From: Chromatiales bacterium
GTDB taxonomy: Bacteria; Pseudomonadota; Gammaproteobacteria; Chromatiales; Chromatiaceae
Direction: 5' to 3'
Assembly: GCA_050050175.1 (NCBI GenBank)
Contig: JASFUT010000001.1
Span: 1 to 32,720 of the forward strand
Length of the DNA: 32,720 nucleotides
Shown here: one piece after another, positions 9,362 through 20,177 of the stretch
Numbering within the stretch: position 1 is the first letter of the stretch
Layout: every line of letters begins with the position of its first letter
The notes under the pieces: model-generated
Told to the model about the DNA's origin: nothing
Databases searched by the model: none
The model's input: only the letters and a program-made list of their open reading frames with translations
Translations under genes and position numbers: made by a program

Positions 9362-11191
9362 TCAGGCCGCGGGGACCTCCTCTTCCGCCTCCTCGGCCAC
9401 CACGGATTTGGCCATGCGCTTGGCGAAATAGTAGATCCGCCTGAAGCGCTCGATGATGTCGATCTCCAGGGTATAGGCGGCCACCCGGTTGGGCTCTTCG
9501 GCCACCAGGCGCTTGGCCTGGTGGAGCGAGGCGGAGTCGGTGAGCTCGCCGATGGTTCGTTTCATGGCGATCACCGCTCTCGCCTGCTCCTCGTCGTTCT
9601 GGGCCACGGAATGGACGGCGGCGTGGACGCTCTCGATCACCTGCTCGTGGAACCGGCGCAGGACGTCCCGCGTGCCCTGGCTGATGCGGATGCCATGATC
9701 CAGCCGTTCCTCGCCCAGCACCACCAGGTTGGTCTCGATGACGTCCCCGATGTTCTCGAGGTCGTTGACCACCTCCATGAGCCGGATGAGCCGCTGGGTC
9801 TGGATCTCGGTGAGCGCCTGCTTGCTGACCTTGCCCAGGTACTCGATGGTGTGCGCGTGCAGCGTGTCGACCTCGTCGTCCATGCGCGCGATCCGGCGAA
9901 GCTCCGTGCGGGTGCCGCTGAAGATCGCCGGGAGGATCAGCCTGAGCATCTCGTCGATCCGCTCGCCCATGTGCTCCACCTCGAGACGAACGCGGTCCAG
10001 GGCCAGGGAAGGCGTGGACAGAAGCTCGGCGTCCAGGTACCTGGGCCGCACCACCATTCCCTCCTCGTCCAGAGGGCGGTCCGGCACCAGCCACTCCACC
10101 AGACGCGCCAGCTGGCTCGTAAGCCCTATGAAGATGAGGGTGTTTGCGACGTTGAAGATCGTGTGGGCGTTGGCGATCTGCCGCGGTGCGGCCGCGGCGA
10201 TGCGATCCATGCCGCTGAGCTCGGGATAGGCGGGGGATATCCAGCGCACGAACTGGGCCAGCTGGTCGATCAGGCCCACCCAGATGACCACGCCGGCCAC
10301 GTTGAAGAGCACGTGCACGATGGCCGCCCGGACCGCCTCCCGCGGCTTGCCGATGGCCGCCAGCATGGCGGTCACGCAGGTGCCGATGTTGGCGCCGAAC
10401 GCCAGGGCGATGCCGGCCGGCAGGGTGACGAACCCCTGGCTCGCCATGACGATGACGATGCCCGTAGTGGCCGCCGAGGACTGGATGAGCGCGGTGAAGC
10501 CGGCAGCCACCAGGATGGCCAGCAGGGGATTCTCGAGATGCACCATGACGTCGAGGAAAGGCGGATAAGAGCGCAGGGGATCCATCGCGTCGCTCATGAC
10601 GCTCATGCCGAAGAAGATCATGCCCATGCCCATCAGGATGGCGCCGTAGTGGCGGATGCGCTCCTGCCGGGAGACGAACAGCATGGAGAAGCCGGCCCCG
10701 ATCATCAGGAGCGCGGCCTTGGTGACCTTGAACGCGATCAGCTGGGCGGTGAACGTGGAGCCTATGTTCGCGCCCATGATCACGCCGATGGACTGGGAGA
10801 ATGACATCAACCCGGCGGTAATGAATCCCACCAACAGGACCGTGGTGACGGAGGAGGACTGGATGATCCCTGTGACGATGGCCCCGGATATGGCGCCGGT
10901 AAACCGGTTGGTGGTCAGGCGGGCCAGGATGTCGCGCATGCGCTCGCCGGCCACCGCCTTGAGGGCGTCGGCCATCTGCTCCATGCCGAAGAGGAAGAGC
11001 GCGAGCCCGCCGAACAGCGACATGCCCATGGTGCCCCAGCTCATCCCGTCGACGGCGACCCCGCCGGCCGCGGCGGCCAGGACCGGCAGACCGCCCGCCA
11101 ACGCAGCCGCAGCGCCGAGCGGGGCAAGCCGGGCCGCCGGCAGGGCGGGCCCGCGCCCCCGCCGGGTGTGCGGTTGCCCGCGGACGTGCAT
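9362..11191 (-). CDS. Na+/phosphate cotransporter family protein with C-terminal PhoU-like repeats (NptA/YjbB type)
   Basis: About 609 aa. The Na_Pi_cotrans repeats are visible (LFGMEQM...TGIIQSSSVTTV and ALIQSSAATTG), followed by a long helical PhoU-like tail. ATG 11191 overlaps the uspA stop by 1 nt (TGATG); GTG 11194 is an alternative start. A shorter start (MSWGTMGMSLFGG) is also possible. Confidence 0.85.
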   Translation of the reverse strand: MHVRGQPHTRRGRGPALPAARLAPLGAAAALAGGLPVLAAAAGGVAVDGMSWGTMGMSLFGGLALFLFGMEQMADALKAVAGERMRDILARLTTNRFTGAISGAIVTGIIQSSSVTTVLLVGFITAGLMSFSQSIGVIMGANIGSTFTAQLIAFKVTKAALLMIGAGFSMLFVSRQERIRHYGAILMGMGMIFFGMSVMSDAMDPLRSYPPFLDVMVHLENPLLAILVAAGFTALIQSSAATTGIVIVMASQGFVTLPAGIALAFGANIGTCVTAMLAAIGKPREAVRAAIVHVLFNVAGVVIWVGLIDQLAQFVRWISPAYPELSGMDRIAAAAPRQIANAHTIFNVANTLIFIGLTSQLARLVEWLVPDRPLDEEGMVVRPRYLDAELLSTPSLALDRVRLEVEHMGERIDEMLRLILPAIFSGTRTELRRIARMDDEVDTLHAHTIEYLGKVSKQALTEIQTQRLIRLMEVVNDLENIGDVIETNLVVLGEERLDHGIRISQGTRDVLRRFHEQVIESVHAAVHSVAQNDEEQARAVIAMKRTIGELTDSASLHQAKRLVAEEPNRVAAYTLEIDIIERFRRIYYFAKRMAKSVVAEEAEEEVPAA

Positions 11192-11664
11192 CACCCCTTC
11201 ACCGCCTTGACCACAGTCACGGGGATGGGGCTGAGACGCACGACATGCTCGGAGACCGAGCCCAGCATCAGGTGCTTGAGGCCGGTGCTGCCCTTGCTGC
11301 CCATGACGATGGCCGAGGCCTTCATCTTCTCCGCCACCTCCAGGATGCGCGTGGTGGGCAGGCCGAGGACGAGCAGAGGCTCCAGGTCCTGCAGGGCCTT
11401 CACACTCGGGTGGCTCGCTGCCACCCCGGCGAGGAACCCGTCCAGCATTTCGCGGGCGACGTCCTCGATCCGCCCGAGGCGCTTCTTCTTGAAGGCCTGG
11501 GAGTAATAGCCGGGCATGTCCGCCGGGTCATGGACTACGTGCAGCACGCGCACCGGGGCCTTGGTGCATCGGGCCAGCCGGCATGCATAGAGCAGAGCCG
11601 CCTCCGAGTATTTAGAGAAGTCGACTGGCACCAGAACCGGCGCTTCCTCCGTCTTGGCTCCCAT
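11191..11664 (-). CDS. Universal stress protein (UspA family)
   Basis: 157 aa: VLVPVDFSKYSEAAL ... VLHVV ... ASAIVMGSKGSTGLKHLMLGSVSEHVVRLSPIPVTVV, the canonical Usp ATP-binding G-2x-G-9x-G(S/T) region. It is translationally coupled to the Na/Pi transporter gene. Confidence 0.82.
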   Translation of the reverse strand: MGAKTEEAPVLVPVDFSKYSEAALLYACRLARCTKAPVRVLHVVHDPADMPGYYSQAFKKKRLGRIEDVAREMLDGFLAGVAASHPSVKALQDLEPLLVLGLPTTRILEVAEKMKASAIVMGSKGSTGLKHLMLGSVSEHVVRLSPIPVTVVKAVKG

Positions 11665-11800
11665 GATGGCGCGGCCTTATTGTTACAAAATTATGACGGA
11701 GTATAACGAAATCCCGGGCGCGGTCGCGGCTCCCGAATCGCGCCGCGCTGCATCCGGACCCGGGCAATTGTGGGAGTTCGGCGCCGCGCCAACAGAGAAC

Positions 11801-11819
11801 GCCCGGCGGAAGGCCGGGC
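11801..11819 (-). terminator. Hairpin after sqr
   Basis: GCCCGGC (11801-11807) pairs with GCCGGGC (11813-11819) around a 5-nt loop, 32 nt past the sqr stop. On the minus strand it is followed by GTTCTCTGTTGG. Confidence 0.4.
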
Positions 11820-11850
11820 GCTCTTGTGGTCCCGCGTCGGGCAGCAGCGG

Positions 11851-13122
<1,272 letters not shown>

Positions 13123-13398
13123 TCAGTCCTCCATTGCCTGGGGATGTTGTCGTTGTATCCATCTGCGGCGCCCCGGCGTGGGGCGGCCGGGGCTGTAAGA
13201 GCGCCCGGTCTCTTTGGCAGAGGTCGTCGAATGTCAGCTTGCGGACGGTCGGACAGCGCGCCGTTCGTGCTCGGCCTGGGCCCATTTTCGCCGATTTCGG
13301 GCGCCAATGCCTGCTCTGGCGCATACGACGGACATTCTTCAGGGTCCGGGACCCGATGACAAGCCTGGCGGACACAGAGGGCCGGGCTCCCCGGGCTG

Positions 13399-16300
13399 TC
13401 ACCGGAAGTCCCGGGAGCGGGTCGGAAGCCGGCCCAGCAGGTCGCTGTGGTCCAGCAGCCGTCTGGCCACCACGTGCAGGACGCCGCCCTCGCGCTGCAC
13501 ATCCCCGACCACACCAAGCAGACGGGCGTTGAGCATGACCAGGCGCTGGCGATCCGCCACCTGCCGCCAGATCACCAGATTGATCTGCCCCGTCTCGTCC
13601 TCCAGAGTCACAAAGGTGACGTTGTTGGCGGAGGCCGGGCGCTGGCGGTTGATCACCAGCCCCCCGGTGCGCACCCGATCCCCGTGGCGCAGCCCGTCGA
13701 GGTCCCGGGCGCAGAGCAGCCCGCGCCGGCTCAGCTGCCGCCGCAGCAAGGCCAGGGGATGGCGCCTCAGGGTCAGCCCCAGGCTGGCGTAGTCGGCGAG
13801 AATCGCCTGTCCTTCGGTGGGCGCGGGCAGATCGGGCACCTGCCCCGCATCGGTGGGCCGCCCCGGTGGCGCCGCGTCCGTCGGCAGGTCGAACAGCGGA
13901 AGCGGCGTCTGAACGCCCGTGACCTCCCAGGCGGCGCGGTGGCGGTCGCCGGCCAGCCCCGCCAGGGCGTCGGCGGCGGCCAGCGACTCCAGATCCCGCC
14001 GGTCGAGACGTGCCCGCCGGGCCAGGTCCTGCACGTCCCGGAACCGCCGCTGCGCCCGGGCCGCCAGCAGCCGCGCGGCGCCGGCGCGGGACAGGCCTTT
14101 GACCATCAGCAGGCCCAGCCTCATCGCCGGCGGGGACGCCGCCCCAGCGCGGGACGGCTCCAGGGTGCAGTCTCCGTCGCTCGTGTGCACGTCCACCGCA
14201 AGGACCTCCACGCCGGCGCGCCGGGCCGCCTGCACCAGCTGGGCGGGGGCGTAGAAGCCCATGGGCTGGCTGTTGAGCAGGGCGGCGAAGAAGGCCGCCG
14301 GCTCATGACACTTGAGCCAGGCGGAGACGTAGACCAGCAGGGCGAAGCTGGCGGCGTGGGACTCGGGGAAGCCGTACTCCCCGAAGCCCAGGATCTGCTG
14401 ATAGATCCGGCGGGCGAAGGCCTCGTCGTAGCCGCGCTCCGTCATGCCCCGGATCAGTCGGTCCTCGAACTGCTCCAGGGTGCCCCGGCGGCGCCAGGCG
14501 GCGATGGAGCGCCGGAGCCGGTCCGCCTCGCCGGGGCTGAAGCCCGCCGCCACCATGGCGACCTTGATCACCTGCTCCTGGAAGATGGGCACGCCGAGGG
14601 TGCGGCCCAGCACCTCCCGGACCGCCTCCGAGGGATAGGTCACCTCCTCCAGCCCCTGGCGGCGCTTGAGATAGGGGTGGACCATGTCCCCTTGGATAGG
14701 TCCCGGACGGACGATGGCCACCTCGATCACCAGGTCGTAGAAGCGCTCGGGGCGCAGACGCGGCAGCATAGCCATCTGGGCGCGGGACTCGATCTGGAAC
14801 ACGCCCAGGGTGTCGGCGCGCCGGATCATCGCATAGACGGCCGGATCCTCCGGGGGGACGTTGTGCAGGCCCAGGGGGTTGCCCGGGCCGGGCGGATTCT
14901 TGCTGCCGGGCTGGAGACCATCGGGCTCGCGGCTGGCAGCCGCTCCTACCGTGCCCGCGCCTCCCGCAGGGGCGCTCGCTGAGCGCGAACCTCCGTGGCC
15001 CGAAGCACCCGTCCCGGGCCCGGGTCCGCCGGGCTCGCGGCTGGCAGCCGCTCCTACGGCGCCCGCGCCTCCCGTAGGAGCGCTCGCTGAGCGCGAACCT
15101 CCGTGGCCCGAAGCACCCGTCCCGGGCCCGGGTCCGCCGGGCTCGCGGCTGACAGCCGCTCCTACGGCGCCCGCGCCTCCCGTAGGAGCGCTCGCTGAGC
15201 GCGAACCTCCGTGGCCCGAAGCACCCGTCCCGGGCCCGGGTCCGCCGGGCTCGCGGCTGACAGCCGCTCCTACCGTGCCCGCGCCCCCCGCAGGAGCGCT
15301 CGCTGAGCGCGAATCCATTTGCGCCTCTGTGTCTCTGCGGCTCGGTCTTTCACTCCACCCGCGATAGGCATTGATCAGATCGAAGGCGCGGCGCACGGCC
15401 GAGAGCATGCCGAGCGCCAGGCAGTCCACCTTGAGCAGCCCCAGGGCCTCCAGGTCGTCCTTGTCCCACTGGATCACCGTGCGCTCGGCCATCGCGGCGT
15501 TCTCGATGGGCACCAGCCGGGAGAGAGGCCCGCGGGAGATGACGAAGCCCCCCACGTGCTGGGACAGGTGGCGCGGGAATCCCAGGATCTCCCGGCTCAT
15601 GACCAGCACCCGACGCAGCAGGGGGTTGCCGGGATCCAGACCCGCCTCGCGCACCCGCTCGGGGTCGATGGTGCCGCCGTCCCACCAGGTGAGGTTGTGG
15701 GCCAGCCGGTCCACCTGGTCCAGGTCGAGCCCGAGGGCCTTGCCCACGTCGCGCACCGCGCTCTTGGGCCGATAGCTGATCACCGTGGCCGCCAGCGCCG
15801 CCCGGTCCCGGCCGTACCTGGCGTACACGTACTGGATCACCTCCTCGCGGCGCTGGTGCTCGAAGTCCACGTCGATGTCCGGCGGCTCGTCGCGCTCCCG
15901 GGAGATGAAGCGCTCGAACAGCAGCTCCATACGCGCCGGGTCCACCTCGGTGATGCCGAGCGCATAGCAGACCGCCGAGTTGGCCGCCGAGCCCCGGCCC
16001 TGGCAGAGGATGCCGCGGCTGCGGGCGAAGCGCACGATGTCGTGGACCGTGAGGAAATAGGGCTCGTAGCGCAGCTCGGCGATGAGCGACAGCTCATGCT
16101 CGACCAGGCGGCGCACCTTCGCCGGCTCTCCCCCCGGCCAGCGCCGTTGCAGCCCCTGCTCGGTCAGCTCGCGCAGCCGGGCGCCGGGGTCCCGTCCCGG
16201 GGGCACCAGCTCGTCCGGGTACTCGTAGCGCAGCTCCTCCAGGGAGAAGGTGCAGCGCCGCGCCACCTCCAGGGTCTCGGCCAGCAGCTCCGAAGGATAG

Positions 16301-16995
16301 AGCCGGGCCAGCCCGGCCCTGCCGCGCAGGTGACGCTCGGCGTTGGGCTGCAGGGCATGGCCGGCCTCGGCGAGGGGCACTCCCAGGCGGACGGCGGTGA
16401 GCGTGTCCTGCAGGGCACGGCGCCCGCGCTCGTGCATCAGCGCCCCGCCGCAGGCGACCAGTGGCAAGCCGCACTGCGCCGAAAGCCCGCTCAGGGTCTC
16501 CAGCCAGGCCCGGTCCCGGCCGCTGCGGTGCAGCTCCACGCCGATCCAGGCCCGGCCCGGAAAGCGCTCCGCCAGCCAGCCACCGTCGGCCGGGTCCGGA
16601 TCCCCGGAGGGCAGCCACAGCGCCAGGCATCCTTCGAAGCCCGCGGTCAGATCCGCGCGCGCCAGCTCGCAGGCGCCCTTCCCCGCCCGCCGCCGGCCGC
16701 GGGTGATGAGCTCGGAGAGGTCGCCGTAGCCCTCCCGGTCCGCGGCCAGCACCACCAGCCGGGGCCCGTCGGTCAGACGGATATCGCTGCCCGGGATAAG
16801 GGCCAGACCGCAGTCCCGGGCCTCCACGTGGGCCCGCACCACACCGGCCAGGGAGCACTCGTCGGTCAGCGCCAGCGCCGCGTAGCCCAGCTCGTGGGCG
16901 CGGCGGACCAGCTCCTGCGGATGGGAGGCGCCGGTCAGAAAGCTGAAGTTGGACAGGCAATGCAGCTCGGCATAGCCCGGAGCGGTGCTGGGCAT
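13399..16995 (-). CDS. dnaE2: Error-prone DNA polymerase DnaE2 (ImuC), with a ~130-aa low-complexity repeat insertion
   Basis: 1198 aa. The N-terminus [23 protein letters not shown] is diagnostic of DnaE2 rather than DnaE1. PHP, palm and fingers motifs are present ([42 protein letters not shown]), with an OB-fold tail. A LexA box lies immediately upstream. Confidence 0.92.
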   Translation of the reverse strand: MPSTAPGYAELHCLSNFSFLTGASHPQELVRRAHELGYAALALTDECSLAGVVRAHVEARDCGLALIPGSDIRLTDGPRLVVLAADREGYGDLSELITRGRRRAGKGACELARADLTAGFEGCLALWLPSGDPDPADGGWLAERFPGRAWIGVELHRSGRDRAWLETLSGLSAQCGLPLVACGGALMHERGRRALQDTLTAVRLGVPLAEAGHALQPNAERHLRGRAGLARLYPSELLAETLEVARRCTFSLEELRYEYPDELVPPGRDPGARLRELTEQGLQRRWPGGEPAKVRRLVEHELSLIAELRYEPYFLTVHDIVRFARSRGILCQGRGSAANSAVCYALGITEVDPARMELLFERFISRERDEPPDIDVDFEHQRREEVIQYVYARYGRDRAALAATVISYRPKSAVRDVGKALGLDLDQVDRLAHNLTWWDGGTIDPERVREAGLDPGNPLLRRVLVMSREILGFPRHLSQHVGGFVISRGPLSRLVPIENAAMAERTVIQWDKDDLEALGLLKVDCLALGMLSAVRRAFDLINAYRGWSERPSRRDTEAQMDSRSASAPAGGAGTVGAAVSREPGGPGPGTGASGHGGSRSASAPTGGAGAVGAAVSREPGGPGPGTGASGHGGSRSASAPTGGAGAVGAAASREPGGPGPGTGASGHGGSRSASAPAGGAGTVGAAASREPDGLQPGSKNPPGPGNPLGLHNVPPEDPAVYAMIRRADTLGVFQIESRAQMAMLPRLRPERFYDLVIEVAIVRPGPIQGDMVHPYLKRRQGLEEVTYPSEAVREVLGRTLGVPIFQEQVIKVAMVAAGFSPGEADRLRRSIAAWRRRGTLEQFEDRLIRGMTERGYDEAFARRIYQQILGFGEYGFPESHAASFALLVYVSAWLKCHEPAAFFAALLNSQPMGFYAPAQLVQAARRAGVEVLAVDVHTSDGDCTLEPSRAGAASPPAMRLGLLMVKGLSRAGAARLLAARAQRRFRDVQDLARRARLDRRDLESLAAADALAGLAGDRHRAAWEVTGVQTPLPLFDLPTDAAPPGRPTDAGQVPDLPAPTEGQAILADYASLGLTLRRHPLALLRRQLSRRGLLCARDLDGLRHGDRVRTGGLVINRQRPASANNVTFVTLEDETGQINLVIWRQVADRQRLVMLNARLLGVVGDVQREGGVLHVVARRLLDHSDLLGRLPTRSRDFR
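14923..15312 (-). repeat. In-frame 108-bp tandem repeat (about 3.6 copies) inside dnaE2
   Basis: Unit starts fall at 14941, 15049, 15157 and 15265 (period exactly 108 bp, 36 codons). Copies 2 and 3 are identical, and copies 1 and 4 differ at a handful of positions. The unit encodes SRSASAP(T/A)GGAG(A/T)VGAA(V/A)[18 protein letters not shown]. Confidence 0.95.
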
Positions 16996-17013
16996 GGGGT
17001 CCGCGACTCCTGA

Positions 17014-17033
17014 TACTGTACTTACATACAGTA
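17014..17033 (-). promoter_or_regulatory. LexA (SOS) box upstream of dnaE2
   Basis: TACTGTACTTACATACAGTA is a perfect CTGT-N8-ACAG with the flanking TA..TA of the gamma/beta-proteobacterial consensus. It lies 19 nt upstream of the dnaE2 ATG, in the only AT-rich patch of that intergenic region. Confidence 0.85.
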
Positions 17034-17136
17034 TCTAGCACGGAACGCGTAGCGTGCCAGCCGCGAGGCTGCCCGGCCGAGACCGGATTCGTGTGGGGGT
17101 CAGGGACCGGAGGGATCTGTCGGGCTGAAGCCGGAC

Positions 17137-17697
17137 CTAACCCTGACTACCGCCGCCGGACTTCGCGAGATACCGGTAGAGCATCCGGTAATGGTCCTTG
17201 ACCCGGTCGTCGAACAGGGGATCGTCGGGCGACGGCAGCTGCGACTCCAGTGAGTCGAGCAGCTCGTCGGTGACGGACTCCTCGAGCACCGGCAAGATAT
17301 CCCGCTCCTCGGCCTCCATGTGGCGCCGCTGGAGGTCGAGGTACTCGCGCCCGAGCCGCTCCACCTCGTCCCGGCGCTGTACCGACCCCTGAACTATGCC
17401 CTCCAGCGCGTGGCGGAAGGTCCGGGTCATCTCGCTGAGCCGGGTATGCTGGGCCTCCAGCTCTTCGATCACCGCCCGATGGCCGGGATGCTCGGCGTCG
17501 AACGCATCGAAGATAAGGTCCTCCGCCCGGTGATGCACGCAGTCCGCGTAGTTCTCCAGGTAGTCCAGCATGTCGATCAGCAGATCGAGCTCCGGCTCGT
17601 CGCCCGCATGGAACAGGTCGAGCTGATGCTCCATGAGGTCGAGGAGCTGGGCGAGTCGCAGGTGATCCCGGTGCAGGTGCTGCAGGATGCGGTGCAT
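17137..17697 (-). CDS. Hemerythrin-like (HHE cation-binding) domain protein
   Basis: 186 aa. Spaced His/Glu/Asp ligand-like residues sit in a four-helix pattern (HLHRDHLRL, ADCVHHRAEDLIF, RHMEAEERDILP). GGAGG lies 7 nt upstream of the ATG. Confidence 0.72.
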   Translation of the reverse strand: MHRILQHLHRDHLRLAQLLDLMEHQLDLFHAGDEPELDLLIDMLDYLENYADCVHHRAEDLIFDAFDAEHPGHRAVIEELEAQHTRLSEMTRTFRHALEGIVQGSVQRRDEVERLGREYLDLQRRHMEAEERDILPVLEESVTDELLDSLESQLPSPDDPLFDDRVKDHYRMLYRYLAKSGGGSQG

Positions 17698-17739
17698 GAG
17701 TCGCCTCCTTCGCAGGCCGAGGGGTGATTTCCAAGTCTA

Positions 17740-19452
17740 CTATGAATCGCCGCGAGGCCGGCCCGGCGCGAGCACTCGCCAGATGAACCCCTCGGGGCGG
17801 TGCTCGCCCGTCAGGATGTAGTCCAGCGCATTGCGGTTCTGCAGGGTCCAGTCCATGCGCTCCCTGGCGTGAGGCCGCCCGCAGAACAGCAGGCGGTCGC
17901 CCCGGCGCAGCACGGTGTCCTCTTCGGGGAGCAGCACCCGCTCGCCGCTGCGCACCAGCAGCAGGGGAATGACAACGAGCGGCTTCTCGCGCTCCAGCGA
18001 GTCGGCCAGCAGGTCGCCCAGCACCACCCGCCGCCCCGCGACGAGGGCGCCGTGCACCGCGTAGGCATGCCCTTCGTCGAGGGTGATCTCCCAGATCTCC
18101 GGAACGCTCGAGCTCACCAGGGCCGTGATCCGACTGATCAGCTGGCAGGCCCAGGGATCGGGCTGGTAGCCGGCCAGCTGCTCGAACTCGTAGAGCAGCG
18201 GGGTGGCCAGCAGCACCCGGATCTTGTCGGCGATGATGATCGAAGGGTGCATCACCATGTCCGCGTGCACGGCCTCGACGATCGCTTCGTTCTCGCGCAG
18301 ATTCTGGCGCACGACGACGAAGAGGTCGGGATTCAGCGCCCTGGCGGTCATCGCGATGGAGAGGTTGTTCGCGTCGTCGTCCGTGCCGGCCACCAGGCCC
18401 ACCGCCCGGCCGATCTCCGCCTCCCTCAGGGTCTCTGCCTCGGTCCCGCGGCCGACCACGCACCCCCCCTCCGGCGTTCCGGTCCTCTCCGGGGTGGCCT
18501 CCACCACCAGGGTCTCGATCCCCTGGGCGTTGAGCCGCTCGACCACCGCCTTGCCGAACCGCCCATAGCCGCACACCAGCCAGGGTCCGTCGCCGGGCGG
18601 GTAGATGGGCTCCTTGAGCGCGTCCCCCTTGCGGCCGGTGAGCCATTCGTGGAGCAGATGGAGGCAGGGCGCCTGCAGCGCGACCGACAGATGGCCCACG
18701 AAGGTATCGAAGGGGTCGATGATGTACTCGGTGCCGAACGAGGCCATGTTGGCCTCGACGTCGCGCGAATCGGCCCGGCAGATGACCGTCACATCCGGGC
18801 TCAGCAGCTTGCCGGTGATGGCGATCTTGAGATTCACCTCGTTGCGGTTGGTCAGCGCCGCCACCCCCGCGCACAGGGGGTGCTTCAGGCCCGCCTCGAG
18901 CAGATGCAGGGGGCGGGCCGCGTCGCCGCACAGGGCCGGCACGTACTGGCGCACGTTCTGAAGCTGCAGATAGCTCACCCGATCGGGGTCGATCTCCACC
19001 ACCACGGCGTGCTGGTCCCGCTCCGCCAGTGCCTCGACCAGTGCGCTGCCGGTCTCGCCGTAGCCGCAGACCAGGTAGAAGCGCTCGGTCATGCGCCGGA
19101 TCCGCCGTGTGAACCGGCGCTCGGTGACGGCCTGCTGGAACGTCTGGTCCTGGAACAGGGCGATCAGCGTCCCGATGGAGTAGACCCAGACGATGACCGT
19201 GAGGTAGATGGTGAAGACGACCCACATGCGCTGGGCGTCGCTGAACTCGTGGGGTATCTCGCCGAAGCCGATGGTGGTCGCCATGTAGCTGACGAAGTAG
19301 AGGGCATGGAACAGGCTCATGTGCCAGGGCTCGCCCGCGGCGTCGCGCCCCGGAATCAGCATCAGGCCGAGCACGGCCAGCGAGTAGCTGCAGATGAGCG
19401 CGAGCAGCGGCGCACGCATGCGCCGGAAGACGATGAAGATGATGTTCTCCAT
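17740..19452 (-). CDS. Potassium channel: 2-TM pore domain plus two RCK/TrkA-N domains
   Basis: 570 aa. The pore helix and selectivity filter read YFVSYMATTIGFGEIP. Two Rossmann-type RCK starts are present (YLVCGYGETGSAL and WLVCGYGRFGKAV), plus a C-terminal TrkA-C-like region. Confidence 0.86.
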   Translation of the reverse strand: MENIIFIVFRRMRAPLLALICSYSLAVLGLMLIPGRDAAGEPWHMSLFHALYFVSYMATTIGFGEIPHEFSDAQRMWVVFTIYLTVIVWVYSIGTLIALFQDQTFQQAVTERRFTRRIRRMTERFYLVCGYGETGSALVEALAERDQHAVVVEIDPDRVSYLQLQNVRQYVPALCGDAARPLHLLEAGLKHPLCAGVAALTNRNEVNLKIAITGKLLSPDVTVICRADSRDVEANMASFGTEYIIDPFDTFVGHLSVALQAPCLHLLHEWLTGRKGDALKEPIYPPGDGPWLVCGYGRFGKAVVERLNAQGIETLVVEATPERTGTPEGGCVVGRGTEAETLREAEIGRAVGLVAGTDDDANNLSIAMTARALNPDLFVVVRQNLRENEAIVEAVHADMVMHPSIIIADKIRVLLATPLLYEFEQLAGYQPDPWACQLISRITALVSSSVPEIWEITLDEGHAYAVHGALVAGRRVVLGDLLADSLEREKPLVVIPLLLVRSGERVLLPEEDTVLRRGDRLLFCGRPHARERMDWTLQNRNALDYILTGEHRPEGFIWRVLAPGRPRGDS

Positions 19453-19467
19453 GTCCCCGGGGCGCTC

Positions 19468-19851
19468 TCAGCGGCGGAGCATCACCGTCTCGATGACAAG
19501 CAGGACCACGGAGACCACGTTGGCCAGCATGGCCCCGCCCGTGAGGGACACGATGCTCGCCATCACCGAAGCCGTGAGCCCGGTCTCGGTGACGTGCACG
19601 GCGACGGCCCAGATTACGGCGGCCACCAGCAGCTGAAGCACGGCGACCAGGCTGGTGGCGAGCAGCACGGCACCCATCTGGGTGCGGTCTCCGAACTTGA
19701 GCACCGTGGCGATCAGGTTCACGACGACCACGGCGAACAGCTCGTAGACGTGATGGTGATTCGGGTCGTCGATCTCGCCGACGAAGAACCCGAAATTCAG
19801 CGTCAGTGCGAGGACGATGAAGAAACCGAAGACGACCTTCTCAGGGTTCAT
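19468..19851 (-). CDS. Hypothetical 4-TM membrane protein, probably co-transcribed with the K+ channel gene
   Basis: The ORF is open to 20019, but ATG 19851 has GGGGGAGG upstream and begins directly with hydrophobic sequence (MNPEKVVFGFFIVLALTLNFGFF). It is 127 aa with four hydrophobic segments. Its stop is 15 nt before the channel ATG. Confidence 0.6.
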   Translation of the reverse strand: MNPEKVVFGFFIVLALTLNFGFFVGEIDDPNHHHVYELFAVVVVNLIATVLKFGDRTQMGAVLLATSLVAVLQLLVAAVIWAVAVHVTETGLTASVMASIVSLTGGAMLANVVSVVLLVIETVMLRR

Positions 19852-20142
19852 GCGCGCCTCCCCCGTTCTTGTTGCTGATCCGCCGCCGGCGGGCCTTGCC
19901 CTCCCCCTAATCATATCTGACCGGGAGCGGGGTTCAGGCTGCCGGCGTGATACGCTGCGCTTGCCCGAACCGCGGGCTGGTTGGTCCCATCGTTGGCGGC
20001 TGGCGGCCGCTCGCACCAATCCATCAGCCAGCGCCCGCCCGGTTGTCCCTGCCGACTGTCTACCGTCTCCCCTCTACATGACCCTCCCTTCGACCCGGGG
20101 ACCCGATCATTGGCGGCGGCTTCGCCGCCGGGCCCCTTCGGT

Positions 20143-20159
20143 TGTTACCTTTGGTAACG
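20143..20159. promoter_or_regulatory. TGTTAC-N5-GTAAC inverted repeat upstream of the sensor-kinase operon
   Basis: TGTTAC ctttg GTAACG. It has the same half-sites and the same 5-nt spacing as the palindromes at 25989-26026, and lies about 20 nt upstream of the mini-ORF ATG at 20178. Confidence 0.4.
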
Positions 20160-20177
20160 GCTGATACGCTCAATCGG

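Noticed and set aside
11681-11706. TGTTAC-N14-GTATAA upstream of uspA, resembling the CbrB-type site
   Set aside because: The second half-site matches only 4 of 6 positions. The element lies only about 17 nt from the uspA ATG, leaving no room for a sigma-54 promoter. The AT-rich patch is more simply the sigma-70 promoter region of the uspA / Na-Pi operon.
14923-15312. CRISPR-like reading of the 108-bp repeats
   Set aside because: The units are directly abutting with no spacers. They lie in frame inside dnaE2, the period is far longer than CRISPR repeats, and no cas genes are present.
17147-19878. Two 692-aa ORFs (17147-19225 minus, 17800-19878 plus) overlapping the K+ channel region
   Set aside because: Their translations are extremely Arg/Gly/Pro/Ala/His-rich with no motifs, typical of out-of-frame or antisense shadow ORFs in high-GC DNA. 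The in-frame channel ORF has a clear selectivity filter and RCK motifs.
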